Made by a program: the position numbers and the translations under genes. From Alphaproteobacteria bacterium (GTDB lineage: Bacteria; Pseudomonadota; Alphaproteobacteria; UBA7887): DNA of 64,000 bases. Shown here piece by piece: positions 1 through 9,758 of this stretch. Positions within the stretch are counted from its first letter, which is position 1, and each line of letters begins with the position of its first letter. The notes under the pieces are model-generated. The model was not told the origin of the DNA. It did no database searches and saw only the letters and a list, made by a program, of their open reading frames with translations. The DNA is taken from assembly GCA_965216755.1 (NCBI GenBank), contig CBDCGL010000011.1, forward strand, positions 4,128,001 through 4,192,000. The letters run 5' to 3'.

Positions 1-730
1 TGATGGCCGATGAGAACCCGATCACGCCGAGCAAGAGCCCCATAGAGAAATTGATCTCGGCGTAATAGAGGCCGTTCATGACGCCCGCGAATGCCGCCGC
101 GCCCGATCCGATCGCGAAGGTCACGAGAACGATGGCGGTGAAGTCGATGCCCATCGTGCGCGCGGTTTCCTCATCTTGCGCGACAGCGCGGATCGCGAGC
201 CCGAGCTTGGTTCGGTTGATGACGTAGTGGATCGCCGCAATCACTGCCGCGCCACCCGCGAACAAGAGAACGCTGTCATGGCGCAGGGTAAAGTTTCCGA
301 CCTCGTGCGCCGTGTCGGGTAGCAAGGCAGGAAAGTTCTTCGGGTTCGACCCGTCAGGATAGAACAGACGCACGCATTCGCGCAGCACCGTGCCGAGCAT
401 CAGCGTGATGAGCAGGGTATTGAGGGGCGGCGCACCCTTCAGCGGTAGAACGAGAAACTTGGCGATTAGAGCGCCCAGCAACGCCATTGCCGTGATTGCC
501 GCCAGGAACACCAGCACAACCTGCAGCCAGCGCGCATCGGTGCCCAGTTGCTCGAGACCCAGATATGTCGCCAGGCCGGCGAATGCGCCGACCATAAGCA
601 CGTCGCCGTGCGAGAATTTTATCACGTCGAGCACGCCGAAAAACAGGGTGAAGCCGACCGCGACAAGCGCATACATCATGCCGAGCATGAGCCCGTTGAC
701 GAGATGTTGCGCCAGCAATCCGATGTCCAT
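1..730 (-). CDS. Branched-chain amino acid ABC transporter permease (LivH-like); 3' end runs off the window
   Basis: Manual translation from the ATG at 730: MDIGLLAQHLVNGLMLGMMYALVAVGFTLFFGVLDVIKFSHGD, the typical LivH N-terminus. It lies directly downstream of a LivJ-type binding protein. Not in the ORF track. Confidence 0.85.
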   Translation of the reverse strand, partial: MDIGLLAQHLVNGLMLGMMYALVAVGFTLFFGVLDVIKFSHGDVLMVGAFAGLATYLGLEQLGTDARWLQVVLVFLAAITAMALLGALIAKFLVLPLKGAPPLNTLLITLMLGTVLRECVRLFYPDGSNPKNFPALLPDTAHEVGNFTLRHDSVLLFAGGAAVIAAIHYVINRTKLGLAIRAVAQDEETARTMGIDFTAIVLVTFAIGSGAAAFAGVMNGLYYAEINFSMGLLLGVIGFSSAI

Positions 731-758
731 GATTAGACGTCCACGCGAGCCAAGTCAG

Positions 759-1922
759 TCAACGTCCGATCAGCTGCCTGGCGCCAGTCGCGTAATCGCT
801 GTCCTGCCACAACGTCCAGGCCCCGTCCTGAACGACATATGTGGTGATCAGCGACACCGTGTTTTGGCCGTGGTCATCGAAGGAAATGCGGCCGATTATT
901 GTGTCACGATCGCGCACGGCGTTCAAATAGTCGCGGACGTCACGCCGATCGGGCCCAACCGCCTCGATCGCATCAAGCACCAGGTTCATTGCGGCGAAGG
1001 CGAAGGGGCCGTAAGCCTCCGGAGCCTGGTCGTAACCCTGGCTCTCGTACTGCTCCATGAAGTATTGGCCGCCGGGCAGGGTTTCGATTGCTGCGCCCTC
1101 GCGGAATGCCAGCGCGCCTTCGGCAAGCGGCCCGAGACCGTCGATAAACGCATCCGATACGATGCCTGACGTGCCTTCGAACTGGGCGTCGACGCCAAGC
1201 TTGTCCATCTGCGCGCGCAGGCGCACACCGATTGGCGTCAGGCCGCCAAAATAGATCACATCCGGACCGAGAGCCTTGGCGCTAGTAAGTTCAGCGGTGA
1301 AGTCTTGCTGATCGGCGGTCACCCCGAAAACTTCGAGAATTTCGCCCCCGTTCTCGGTAAGAAACTGGCTGAAATAGTCCTTGTGGCCTTTTCCGTAATC
1401 CGTCGTGTCATGAATGATTACCCAAGTCTTGTAACTGAGCTTGCGCATGAACTCGGCTGCGACTTGGTTCTGGTTGATCATCGTGCCGTTGACCCGGTGA
1501 ACCTCCTTGTGCTCGTTGCCGTAGGTGATGTCCGGCAGCACCGCGCCCCACACCACCACCGGCAGTCGAAAGCGATGATAGACATCGACAGTGCTTATCG
1601 CGACGGCCGAGCAATAATGAGTCACCGCAGCGATCACCGAGCGATCAGATGCCATTTTGGTCGCCACCTGGACACCGATATTGGTCTTGCACTCGTCGTC
1701 CAAAACGACGAGTTCGTATTCGTACTTGGCCTCCGAATCCGCGTTACGCAGCCTTACCGCGAGGTCGGCGGAGTTGCGTCCACCGAGCCCGTTCACGGAT
1801 ACCCCGCCGGTTAGCGGCCCTATGAAACCGACCTGAACAAGCTCCTTCGCCGACACCGTTGTCGATTGCGCAAAGAGCGTTGCAAACGTAGCAACCACAA
1901 TTGCCGAAATGGTTCGTGTCAT
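759..1922 (-). CDS. Branched-chain amino acid ABC transporter substrate-binding protein (LivJ/LivK family)
   Basis: Signal peptide, then VGFIGPLTG, LDDEC, HDTTDYGKG and DFTAELT motifs. Start trimmed to MTRTIS. Confidence 0.85.
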   Translation of the reverse strand: MTRTISAIVVATFATLFAQSTTVSAKELVQVGFIGPLTGGVSVNGLGGRNSADLAVRLRNADSEAKYEYELVVLDDECKTNIGVQVATKMASDRSVIAAVTHYCSAVAISTVDVYHRFRLPVVVWGAVLPDITYGNEHKEVHRVNGTMINQNQVAAEFMRKLSYKTWVIIHDTTDYGKGHKDYFSQFLTENGGEILEVFGVTADQQDFTAELTSAKALGPDVIYFGGLTPIGVRLRAQMDKLGVDAQFEGTSGIVSDAFIDGLGPLAEGALAFREGAAIETLPGGQYFMEQYESQGYDQAPEAYGPFAFAAMNLVLDAIEAVGPDRRDVRDYLNAVRDRDTIIGRISFDDHGQNTVSLITTYVVQDGAWTLWQDSDYATGARQLIGR

Positions 1923-2060
1923 GATCTTCGTCCCATGGCATCGCGAGCGACCACCGCCGGCTGACCCCGCTGCAAACGCCCGCGTTTCTGGTTTGCGGCG
2001 CGCGGCCGGCGGCCTTCGAGCGCGGCCCGTGCTTTGGTGGCAATCGCCTGAGCGCAACTG

Positions 2061-2480
2061 CTACCAGATGATTTTTGCCGGATCGCCTTCGTAGAGCGAG
2101 CGGATAAAGGCGATCAGCTGCCAGATCTGGTCGTTGTTGAGGTCTTTCGACCAGCCGACCATGTTGGTGCCCGGCCGCCCTTGGGCAATGGCCTTGTACA
2201 ATGCCTTGTCGGTCGGTTTGTAGACCCATTCGTCGTCGGTCAAGCTGGGGCCGACGCCGCCCTCGGCCTTGCCGCCGTGGCAGGCATAGCATCCGGTGCT
2301 GCTCCAAAGCGCCTTGCCTTCGGCGATGGCCTCCGCGTCGTCCACCGTGTAGGGGTTCTTATCCACCACCGTCTCGCTGCTGGCGTCCTCGCTGTTACCG
2401 CCGGCCCCCGCCCGGAGTATGGTGTTGTCAAAAACCAGGACGGCTGCCAAGGCGGCAGCCGAAAGGAGTGTTAGTCGCAT
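2061..2480 (-). CDS. Periplasmic monoheme cytochrome c (cytochrome cL/c550-like partner of the PQQ dehydrogenase)
   Basis: Signal peptide; NPY...GKALW..GCYACHG..AEGGVGPSLTDDEW; axial Met in GTNM; adjacent to the PQQ dehydrogenase. Confidence 0.85.
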   Translation of the reverse strand: MRLTLLSAAALAAVLVFDNTILRAGAGGNSEDASSETVVDKNPYTVDDAEAIAEGKALWSSTGCYACHGGKAEGGVGPSLTDDEWVYKPTDKALYKAIAQGRPGTNMVGWSKDLNNDQIWQLIAFIRSLYEGDPAKIIW

Positions 2481-2505
2481 GCTCGTCCCTTCGGCGGAAG
2501 TACCG

Positions 2506-2528
2506 CCCCGGGGCACGAGGCCCCGGGG
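2506..2528. terminator. GC hairpin between the dehydrogenase and cytochrome c genes (attenuator or mRNA stabiliser)
   Basis: CCCCGGGGC-ACGAG-GCCCCGGGG, a perfect 9-bp inverted repeat with no U-tract. Confidence 0.4.
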
Positions 2529-2542
2529 GGTGCTCGATAGGC

Positions 2543-4243
2543 CTACTGTAGCGCGAAGCCGATGATAATGCCGCCCTTGCGGCTATCCTTCAGCCATGGC
2601 GCGCCGCCCTCGCCGAAATGAGCCCAGCCGACCCAGCCGCCGAAGCCCGACGGCACGGCAACATACTGGGTACCGTCGACCGTGTAGGTGGACGGACTGC
2701 CGAAGATGCCCGAGCCCGTCTGAAACGACCAGAGCTCTTCGCCGGTGTCCTGATGATAGGCCCGGAACTCACCCTCCGGCGTGCCCGCGAACACCAGGCC
2801 GCCGCGCGTCGACAGCAGGCCGCTGGTAAATGGCGAGCGGTCCTTGACCACCCACTTCTTCTCACCCGTATTGCCGTCGAAGGCGACGAGCTGGCCATGA
2901 CCGGTTTTCCAGCCGATCGTGCCGATGCCCCAATAGGGCTTGCCGATGGTGCGCTCGGGCGGGTTCAGCCCGGCGCCGATCGGCGCGCTCTGGATATCGA
3001 CGCAGATCTCGCGGCTCGGCACGAAGACCCAGCCGGTGTCCGGATTCACGGTCATCGGGTTCCACCACTTGCCGCCCTCCGAGGCCGGGCAGATGTTCTT
3101 GGCCTCGTGGTCGTAGGTCGGAACCTTCTCCATGTTCCAGATCGGCCGGCCCTCGGGCGTGAAGCCGGTGGCCCAATTCACGAGCGAGATCGGCACGCCG
3201 TATTTGAACTTCCCGTTGGTGCGGTCGATCTTGTAGAGGAAGCCGTTGCGATCCCCATGCAGCCACACTTTCTCGTCTCCGTAGTCGACAAGGATCGGCT
3301 CATTATTGCCATCGTAATCCCAGACATCGGCAGGCGTGTACTGGAAGTAGAACTGAATCTCACCGGTGTCCGCGTTCAGGGCCAGCGTGGAATTGGAGTA
3401 GAGGTTGTCGCCAGGCCGGACGGCGCCGTCCCAATCTGGATTGGGATTGCCAACGCCCCAATATAGCAAATCGAGCTCGGGGTCGTAGGAACCCGTTATC
3501 CAGGTCGAGGCACCGCCATGCATGGCAGCATCCGTCGAGCCCCAGGTATCGTGACCGGGCTCGCCTGGGCCGGGAATCGTATAGGTGCGCCAGACCTGCT
3601 CGCCGGTCTCGGAGTCGAGAGCGTCGATATAAAGGCGCGTCGGATATTCGGCGCCCGACATGCCGACGATGACCTTGCCTTTGACCACCAACGGCGCCAC
3701 CGTCATGGTGATCGCCTGCTCCCAGTCGCCCACCGTGACGTCCCAAACCACTTCGCCGGTCGCCTTGTCGAGGGCGACGACATGGCTATCGGGGGTGGCC
3801 ACATAGACCTTGTCGCCGTAAAGGGCGACGCCGCGATTGCCGATATCGCAGCACATATTGCCGGCAACACCTTCCGGCAACTGGTGAGCATAGCCCCAGA
3901 TCTCGTCGCCGCTTTCCGCATCGAGCGCATAGGTCCGGCCATGAGACGCGGTGGCGTACATGACGCCGTTATGCACCACTGGCGTGGTGTTCTGCGCGTC
4001 GAGCGTGCCGAGCGAGAATATCCATTTCGGCACCAGACTGCCGACATTGTCCGTATTGATCTGTCCCAAAGTGCTGTAGCGGTTGCCCGTGTAGTTGCCG
4101 GGCGCCATCAGCCAATTGTTCGGATCGCCTGCCGCAGAGCGCAGCATCTCATCAGTGACGATCTCCTGGGCCTGGAGAGCAGGCGCAGCCAACAATGCCG
4201 CGCCAGCCAATAACGCGCAAAGCGCACTTTTCGTTGTTCTCAT
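2543..4243 (-). CDS. PQQ-dependent alcohol dehydrogenase (methanol/ethanol family), probably lanthanide-dependent
   Basis: Signal peptide, RYSTLGQIN, vicinal cysteines (MCCD..NRG), SGAE, GNPNP, WDYDGNNE, DRNGFLY and Trp-docking beta-propeller repeats. Confidence 0.9.
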   Translation of the reverse strand: MRTTKSALCALLAGAALLAAPALQAQEIVTDEMLRSAAGDPNNWLMAPGNYTGNRYSTLGQINTDNVGSLVPKWIFSLGTLDAQNTTPVVHNGVMYATASHGRTYALDAESGDEIWGYAHQLPEGVAGNMCCDIGNRGVALYGDKVYVATPDSHVVALDKATGEVVWDVTVGDWEQAITMTVAPLVVKGKVIVGMSGAEYPTRLYIDALDSETGEQVWRTYTIPGPGEPGHDTWGSTDAAMHGGASTWITGSYDPELDLLYWGVGNPNPDWDGAVRPGDNLYSNSTLALNADTGEIQFYFQYTPADVWDYDGNNEPILVDYGDEKVWLHGDRNGFLYKIDRTNGKFKYGVPISLVNWATGFTPEGRPIWNMEKVPTYDHEAKNICPASEGGKWWNPMTVNPDTGWVFVPSREICVDIQSAPIGAGLNPPERTIGKPYWGIGTIGWKTGHGQLVAFDGNTGEKKWVVKDRSPFTSGLLSTRGGLVFAGTPEGEFRAYHQDTGEELWSFQTGSGIFGSPSTYTVDGTQYVAVPSGFGGWVGWAHFGEGGAPWLKDSRKGGIIIGFALQ

Positions 4244-5285
4244 GATAGCAGCTCCTCCCTCATGCATTGCCTCGTAAGCCCCAGGACTATGTTCGCCCCT
4301 CCCGCTTGAAGTCGGACGCTGACATCACCTCCAGCTCAGCCGTCCCACTACGCAGGGAGCAGCACTTAGAATGATTTAGTAACCGCGCGTGAGGTCGAGT
4401 AAAGCGCAAAAATGAAGCGACGGCGTTCTCATATTGAGAACACTTTGGGCTATTTGCCCATTTCTGAAACTGCAAGTTGGTCCAGACGAGGCGCGGATCC
4501 TAGGAGACTTCGCACTTGTCCCATGCGCTGGACCATGTTGAGGCGGAATTCCTCGCTCTTCGGATTGTCAGGCGCTGGCGGTGACCGGCACCCGCGATGA
4601 AGATCTGTAGATCGTCGTGAAGCAAAGCCTGCGTCGCTTCGCCACGGCAATCCCACCGCTGGAGCATCGTCGGACCGATTGGCTTGAATGGCCGCGCAAG
4701 AAACCGGGAACGGCGAACCGGTAAGTGGCTCAAATTCGACGAAACGATGGGCCCAACGACAATGGAAATGAATACCAATTCGGCTCAGTCCAACTTTTGA
4801 GATTGGCTCGGCGTTCCCGTGCCAAGAAAGGGCCATGATCCACCTTAAGGAGAGATCAGATGCAGGATGTCAGGCAGTTTCGGGTTATCGCCCGCCGACG
4901 TGGTCCGTTCTCGGCGTCCCTGTCCTTGGCCGTATTCCCGATACGTCCCGGGGACAGCACAGCGACTTGATCTTGGCGAAAATGCGCGCCGGCAGAATGG
5001 TTCAATATTGTTGGACACTGCTCTAGTGTCAAAGTAGCCAGCGGCCGACCATGAGCGGCCGCACGAATCCCGTGTCCGCAAGGACGATTGGCGCGTTATT
5101 CTGCGGAGCCTTGTTCTAATCCTCGATACGGCGCGCAAGCTGGTTAATCTGCCTTCGCAGCAACATGATTTGCCTGCTTAGGCGCGCCTCTATATCGATC
5201 ATGCTGTTGTCAACCGTGGTGCGGTCGGTTTCCGCCAGCGACGTGGTAAGCTGGCTGCGATGTCAGTGATCCACGGGAGGCAGCA

Positions 5286-5720
5286 TTGACGGAGTACATC
5301 CCACCGGCGCTCGATTGGGTACGTCAGCAGGTCGAGCTGTACGAGAGCAGCGGCGGCACCGAAGGCACGACGTTGCGGGACTCGGGCCTGCGCTGCATCA
5401 TTGTCACCCACAAGGGCAACAAGACCGGGGCGATCCGCAAGATTCCGGTCATGCGGGTCAAGGTCGACGACGGTTACGTTCTCGTCGGCTCCTATGGCGG
5501 GCGCGAGAAGAACCCTGTGTGGGTCTATAATCTCAGGGCCAATGCGGATGTCGAAATCCGTGACGGGACGGAGGTTTTCAAGATGCGGGTGCACGAGGTG
5601 ACGGCCGATCCGGAACGCCAACGCCTGTGGGATGCCAGCGCGAAGGGCTATCCGCCCTACGACGACTATCAGGCAAGAACGTCGCGCAAGATCCCGGTTT
5701 TCTTCGCTGAGCCCGTTTGA
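5286..5720 (+). CDS. Deazaflavin (F420H2)-dependent nitroreductase/quinone reductase, Ddn family
   Basis: G.KTG..RK.P, GSYGG..KNP.W.YNL.AN and YQARTSRKIPVF motifs; GGGAGG RBS before a TTG start; next to F420 genes. Confidence 0.88.
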   Translation: MTEYIPPALDWVRQQVELYESSGGTEGTTLRDSGLRCIIVTHKGNKTGAIRKIPVMRVKVDDGYVLVGSYGGREKNPVWVYNLRANADVEIRDGTEVFKMRVHEVTADPERQRLWDASAKGYPPYDDYQARTSRKIPVFFAEPV

Positions 5721-5727
5721 CGCAGAG

Positions 5728-6867
5728 CTAATTGGGCCTGTAGATGCACGCCTCGTCGAACATCGCCGCGATATTTTCCGGCGGCACGTCGGCCTGGATG
5801 TTGTGAACGGAGTTCAGAACGTAGCCCCCGCCGCGACCGAGGATATCAATGACCCGGCGCACCTCGGCGCGCACCTCGTCCGGCGTGCCGAAGGGCAGAA
5901 CTCGCTGGGTATCGATCGCGCCCCAGAACGTGAGATGGTCGCCATATTCGGCCTTGAGCCGCTCCGGCGCCATGCCTTTGGCGCGCACCTGGACCGGGTT
6001 CACCGCGTCGATGCCGACTTCGATGAAGTCGTCGAACAGTGCCGAGACCGCGCCACAGCTGTGGAGTAGGGCCTTGGCGCCGCTGCGGTCCTTTATCGTG
6101 GTGAACATGCGCGCATGATGCGGCTTGACCAGCTCGCGATAGAGGCGCGGGTCGAATATTGTCGATTGCTGGGTCCCGAGGTCGTCGCCGAAATTCGCGA
6201 CGTCGATATACTCGCCGGCGTCATCGAGCGCGTTCTCGACCACGCGGACCCACCAATCGGTGATCAGCTCCATCAAGCGGCAGGCAAAGTCGCGGTTCTT
6301 GTAGAGGTCAATGAGCCAGGTCTCATAGCCACGCAACCATTGCGCAGTGTGAACTACGCCTGACGGGATGTTGAGGATGATTGCGTAGTCGGTCGTCTCT
6401 CTCAGCGCCCGCGCTCTCTCGCGCAAGCCGCGGTAATAGCCGGGATCGTCAGGGTCTGGCCAGACATGACTCTCGAGTTCGCGGATCGACACGTCATCGC
6501 CATAGAAGGGGCCGTCGATGTTAAGATAGGGCCCGTCGCCGGTCTTGCGCCACACCGCCCCCAATTCATCGGCATAGGTGTCTTCGTCGATCTCGCGCTG
6601 ATGGCCCTCGCCTTCATAGGCGCCCAGGGTGAGGATGCGCGTATCGACATCGAAGCGCCGCAAGACGCTTTCGTGAATTTTGGCCGCGCGCGTCATTCGC
6701 CGTCCGATCACGGTCCCATGCTCGAGCCCCAGGAATTGCTTGAGCTTGTCGTAGGCGGTGAAGTAGATGCCGGTCGAGTGACAGCCGCCGAAGTCGATCG
6801 GCACGCGGTCGGTTTCCTCGTGGCGCAAGGCTGCCAATACCCGCTCTCGGCCAGTCATGGATGCCAT
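5728..6867 (-). CDS. Uroporphyrinogen decarboxylase superfamily protein (MtaA/CmuA-like)
   Basis: MTGRERVLAAL.HEETDRVP.DFGG, GDDLGTQ, HSCG, FWGAIDTQ..LPFGT and HNIQADVPPENI motifs. Confidence 0.8.
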   Translation of the reverse strand: MASMTGRERVLAALRHEETDRVPIDFGGCHSTGIYFTAYDKLKQFLGLEHGTVIGRRMTRAAKIHESVLRRFDVDTRILTLGAYEGEGHQREIDEDTYADELGAVWRKTGDGPYLNIDGPFYGDDVSIRELESHVWPDPDDPGYYRGLRERARALRETTDYAIILNIPSGVVHTAQWLRGYETWLIDLYKNRDFACRLMELITDWWVRVVENALDDAGEYIDVANFGDDLGTQQSTIFDPRLYRELVKPHHARMFTTIKDRSGAKALLHSCGAVSALFDDFIEVGIDAVNPVQVRAKGMAPERLKAEYGDHLTFWGAIDTQRVLPFGTPDEVRAEVRRVIDILGRGGGYVLNSVHNIQADVPPENIAAMFDEACIYRPN

Positions 6868-6887
6868 GATCTGAGCCCCTCCCGTCG

Positions 6888-8087
6888 TTATCGCCGTTCG
6901 CCGCCGACCCGGACCACGCCCGCGTCCGTGAGGGCGGCGATCTCGGTCGCGTCATAGCCTAGCTCGGCAAGTATCTCCTCGGTCTGAGCGCCGAGCGGTT
7001 GCGGCGGACGGCAGATGCCGGGCCGCTCACCGTCATAGCGCGCCGGATGGGCAAGCAGTGTGATCGGCGTGCCGTCGGGCCCATGGGTCTTGACGAACGA
7101 GCCATTGTGCTTCACTTGCGGGTCTTCCAGGACACCGGCGTAATCGTTGACTCGGCCGTACCACAGCTTCTGCGATTCGAGCTTGGACTCGAGCTCGGCC
7201 ACGCACATCTCGCGCACCGCATCCTGCACCAGCGCCGCTATCTCGCCGTTGCGCGCATAGGCATCGTCCGTGTCGAAATCGGCCAGCGCCGGCCGGTCGA
7301 GCGCCTGGCCCAGCGCCGCGAGCGATCCCAACGAGATCGCCAGGTAGCCGTCACGAGCTTCGTAAATGCCGTAGGGCGCCGAAAAATACCAACCCGCGAT
7401 ATTGCGTGGCGAACGCTGCGATACCGGTTCGCCATTCAAATAGCAAACCAACGATTCCATTTGCATGTCGAGCGCTGCCGACAGCAGATCGACATCGATG
7501 CGGCAGCCTTGGCCGCTGCGCTCGCGCCGCAGCAGCGCCGCCAGGATCGCCATCGCCAGAATCTGGGCGCCGTGATGATCGGCCGCCGAGACACCGACCG
7601 GAGTCGGTGGCTGGTCGGAAGAGCCGGTGATGTTGGCCAATCCCGACAGTGCCTGGATCACCAGATCTTGGCCAGGTCGGTCGCGATAGGGCCCGTCGGA
7701 GCCGAAGCCGGACGCCGCCGCATAGACGATGCTCGGATTGATTGCGCGCGCCGCCTGGTAGCCGAAGCCGAGCTTGTCCATGACGCCGGGGCGGAAGTTT
7801 TCGCCGATCACGTCGGCCGTGGCGATCAATTTCTCGATCAGCGCGCGACCCTCTGGAGCTTTCAGGTCCACCGCCAGGGAGCGCTTGTTGCGGTTACCGC
7901 AAAGGTGCAGCATGGTTTCCCCGTCGATCCGGCGATTGGCCCCGCCCCATTTGCGCTGGAAGGCGCCGTCGGTCAGCTCGATGCCGATCACGTCGGCGCC
8001 GAGGTCGGCCAAGACCTGGGTGCCGACGGGACCAAGCAGGAAGTGGTTGAAGCTCAGCACGCGAATTCCGTCGAGCATGGCGGTCAT
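6888..8087 (-). CDS. Family III CoA transferase (CaiB/BaiF)
   Basis: LDGIRVL, GP...Q.LADLGADVI, NRNKRS, ENFRPG and SGFG.DGP motifs. Confidence 0.9.
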   Translation of the reverse strand: MTAMLDGIRVLSFNHFLLGPVGTQVLADLGADVIGIELTDGAFQRKWGGANRRIDGETMLHLCGNRNKRSLAVDLKAPEGRALIEKLIATADVIGENFRPGVMDKLGFGYQAARAINPSIVYAAASGFGSDGPYRDRPGQDLVIQALSGLANITGSSDQPPTPVGVSAADHHGAQILAMAILAALLRRERSGQGCRIDVDLLSAALDMQMESLVCYLNGEPVSQRSPRNIAGWYFSAPYGIYEARDGYLAISLGSLAALGQALDRPALADFDTDDAYARNGEIAALVQDAVREMCVAELESKLESQKLWYGRVNDYAGVLEDPQVKHNGSFVKTHGPDGTPITLLAHPARYDGERPGICRPPQPLGAQTEEILAELGYDATEIAALTDAGVVRVGGERR

Positions 8088-8131
8088 GAGGCGGGTCCCG
8101 TTGTCGCTGTGGCTCCGATGTGGGTACCGGC

Positions 8132-9091
8132 TCAGCCGCCGACCAGTGGAGCCACCTCGGACATGAACCGCTCCATCTTCTCGATCTGCTCCTGCACTGT
8201 CGGGCTGGCGTAGCCGAGCATGATTGTGGTCACGCCGACATCGCGCAGCGCCGCGATATCGCTCGCCACGTCGTCGTCGCTACCGGTAAACAGCATGCGA
8301 TTGCCGTCGTCCGTGGTACGCGGCTCGGGCGAGGGGTACCAAAGCGCCCAGAAGGCCAGATCGATCGCCGACGGATCGCGCCCATAGCCTTCGGCGAGAG
8401 CCCCCAACTCTTTTGCCTTGGCGGCGTAGCGCGCGGCGGTGTCGAGCGGCTCGGCCTTGTTGGCGCCGACCGGATACCAACCATCGCCGAGCTTGGCGGC
8501 GCGACGCATGGCTGGCTTGCTTTCGCCACCGATCCAGATCGGCGGATGCGGCTTTTGGACCGGCTTGGGCAGGAAGATGATGTCTTTGAACTTCACGAAT
8601 TCGCCGTCGAACGATGGATCGTCTTTCGTCCACAGCTCACGAAACGCTGCCAGATACTCGTTGGTCACCTTGCCGCGCCTGTCGAACGGCGGCGCGTCGA
8701 TGGCCTCGAACTCCTCGCGCAACCAGCCGGCGCCACAGCCGACGGTCATGCGCCCGTTTGACAATAGGTCGATGGTCGCCAGAATTTTCGCGGTCAGGAT
8801 CGCCGGTCGATGCGGTACCACCATGACCGATGTGAGAAAGCGTATCTTCGTTGTTGCTGCGGCCAGAAACGCCATCAGGCTGAGCGGCTCCATATAATCG
8901 CCTGTGGCACTACCCGGAAAGATGCCGGATTCTGTGTACGGGTAGCGCGTCTCGATGTCGCTCGGCACGACGATGTGGTCGGTCGCCGCGGCGTAGCCGT
9001 AACCCAGCTCTTCGGCACGGCGGGCGACGGCAAGGATGGTGTCGCGGTTGCTGAAGACGCCTCTGGTTGGCACGACGAAACCATAGTTCAT
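8132..9091 (-). CDS. LLM-class F420-dependent oxidoreductase (Rv2161c-like)
   Basis: AEELGY, DHIVVP, DLLSNGR..VG.GAGW.REEF and PKPVQKPHPPIWIGG motifs; co-oriented with the cof genes. Start trimmed to MNYG after a GAGGAGG RBS. Confidence 0.85.
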   Translation of the reverse strand: MNYGFVVPTRGVFSNRDTILAVARRAEELGYGYAAATDHIVVPSDIETRYPYTESGIFPGSATGDYMEPLSLMAFLAAATTKIRFLTSVMVVPHRPAILTAKILATIDLLSNGRMTVGCGAGWLREEFEAIDAPPFDRRGKVTNEYLAAFRELWTKDDPSFDGEFVKFKDIIFLPKPVQKPHPPIWIGGESKPAMRRAAKLGDGWYPVGANKAEPLDTAARYAAKAKELGALAEGYGRDPSAIDLAFWALWYPSPEPRTTDDGNRMLFTGSDDDVASDIAALRDVGVTTIMLGYASPTVQEQIEKMERFMSEVAPLVGG

Positions 9092-9110
9092 TGTGCTTCC
9101 TCCTCGGTTG

Positions 9111-9758
9111 TCACTCGCTCGCATCCGTCGCACGGTCAAGGGTATTGCAGTTGCCAATGCTTGGGAACCGGTTTGACAGCGCAGCGAAGTCGGCCGGCGT
9201 ATCGATATCGAAGCCGATACCGGCAAGATCCAGCATCGCCGCCCTAAGCCCGCAGCGCAGCGCCTCTTCGCGATTTGCTTCAGCGCTACACTCGCCGAAG
9301 GCGAAGCGGAAGCCGCGTGGGCGCGTGAGATACAGGGCGTTGGTACCTCTGCCATGGCGGTCGCGGCAGATCACGGCTTCAGCATCGCCGCGCGCGCACT
9401 CGCGAACCTGGCGAAGCTCCTCGGCGGTGACCAATGGCAAGTCGGCGGAGACGACCAGGAGCGGTCCGCCGCCCCGCCCCAGAGCATGGTCGCGCGCGGC
9501 CGCAAGCGCTTGGTTGAGCCCGCCGCCCTGCGGTTCGCACATCGCCGTCGCGCCGAGCGCACGGGCAAAGCTCTGAGTTTGCTCGCAGCCGCTGACGACC
9601 AGCAGCCGTCCGCCTTCGGCAATGTCGCGCGCTGCCTCGAGGACATGGACAAGAAGCGCCTCGTTGAGCTGCCGGCGCCGCGTCGGCGACAGTACCCCGG
9701 CAAGCCGCGACTTGCCCTCGACGAGCGATTTGACCGGAATGATCAGCCAGTCCGACAT
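9111..9758 (-). CDS. cofC: 2-phospho-L-lactate/PEP guanylyltransferase
   Basis: IPVKSL..GKSRL, GLN.AL, ADLP, GTNAL, F.FG..S and DIDTP.D motifs. Confidence 0.9.
   Translation of the reverse strand: MSDWLIIPVKSLVEGKSRLAGVLSPTRRRQLNEALLVHVLEAARDIAEGGRLLVVSGCEQTQSFARALGATAMCEPQGGGLNQALAAARDHALGRGGGPLLVVSADLPLVTAEELRQVRECARGDAEAVICRDRHGRGTNALYLTRPRGFRFAFGECSAEANREEALRCGLRAAMLDLAGIGFDIDTPADFAALSNRFPSIGNCNTLDRATDASE

Noticed and set aside
2543-4243. Calling the dehydrogenase xoxF, mxaF, exaF or pedH
   Set aside because: The family motifs are present, but the sequence looks divergent and there is no xoxJ/mxaJ/mxaI; a phylogeny is needed.
4810-4826. Possible sigma-54 promoter (TGGCACG, minus strand) upstream of the PQQ dehydrogenase
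   Set aside because: The -12 element (TTGC) is absent at the required spacing.
4860-4970. 36-aa ORF (MQDVRQFRV...) after an AGGAGA motif
   Set aside because: No recognisable motif or supporting context; may be chance.
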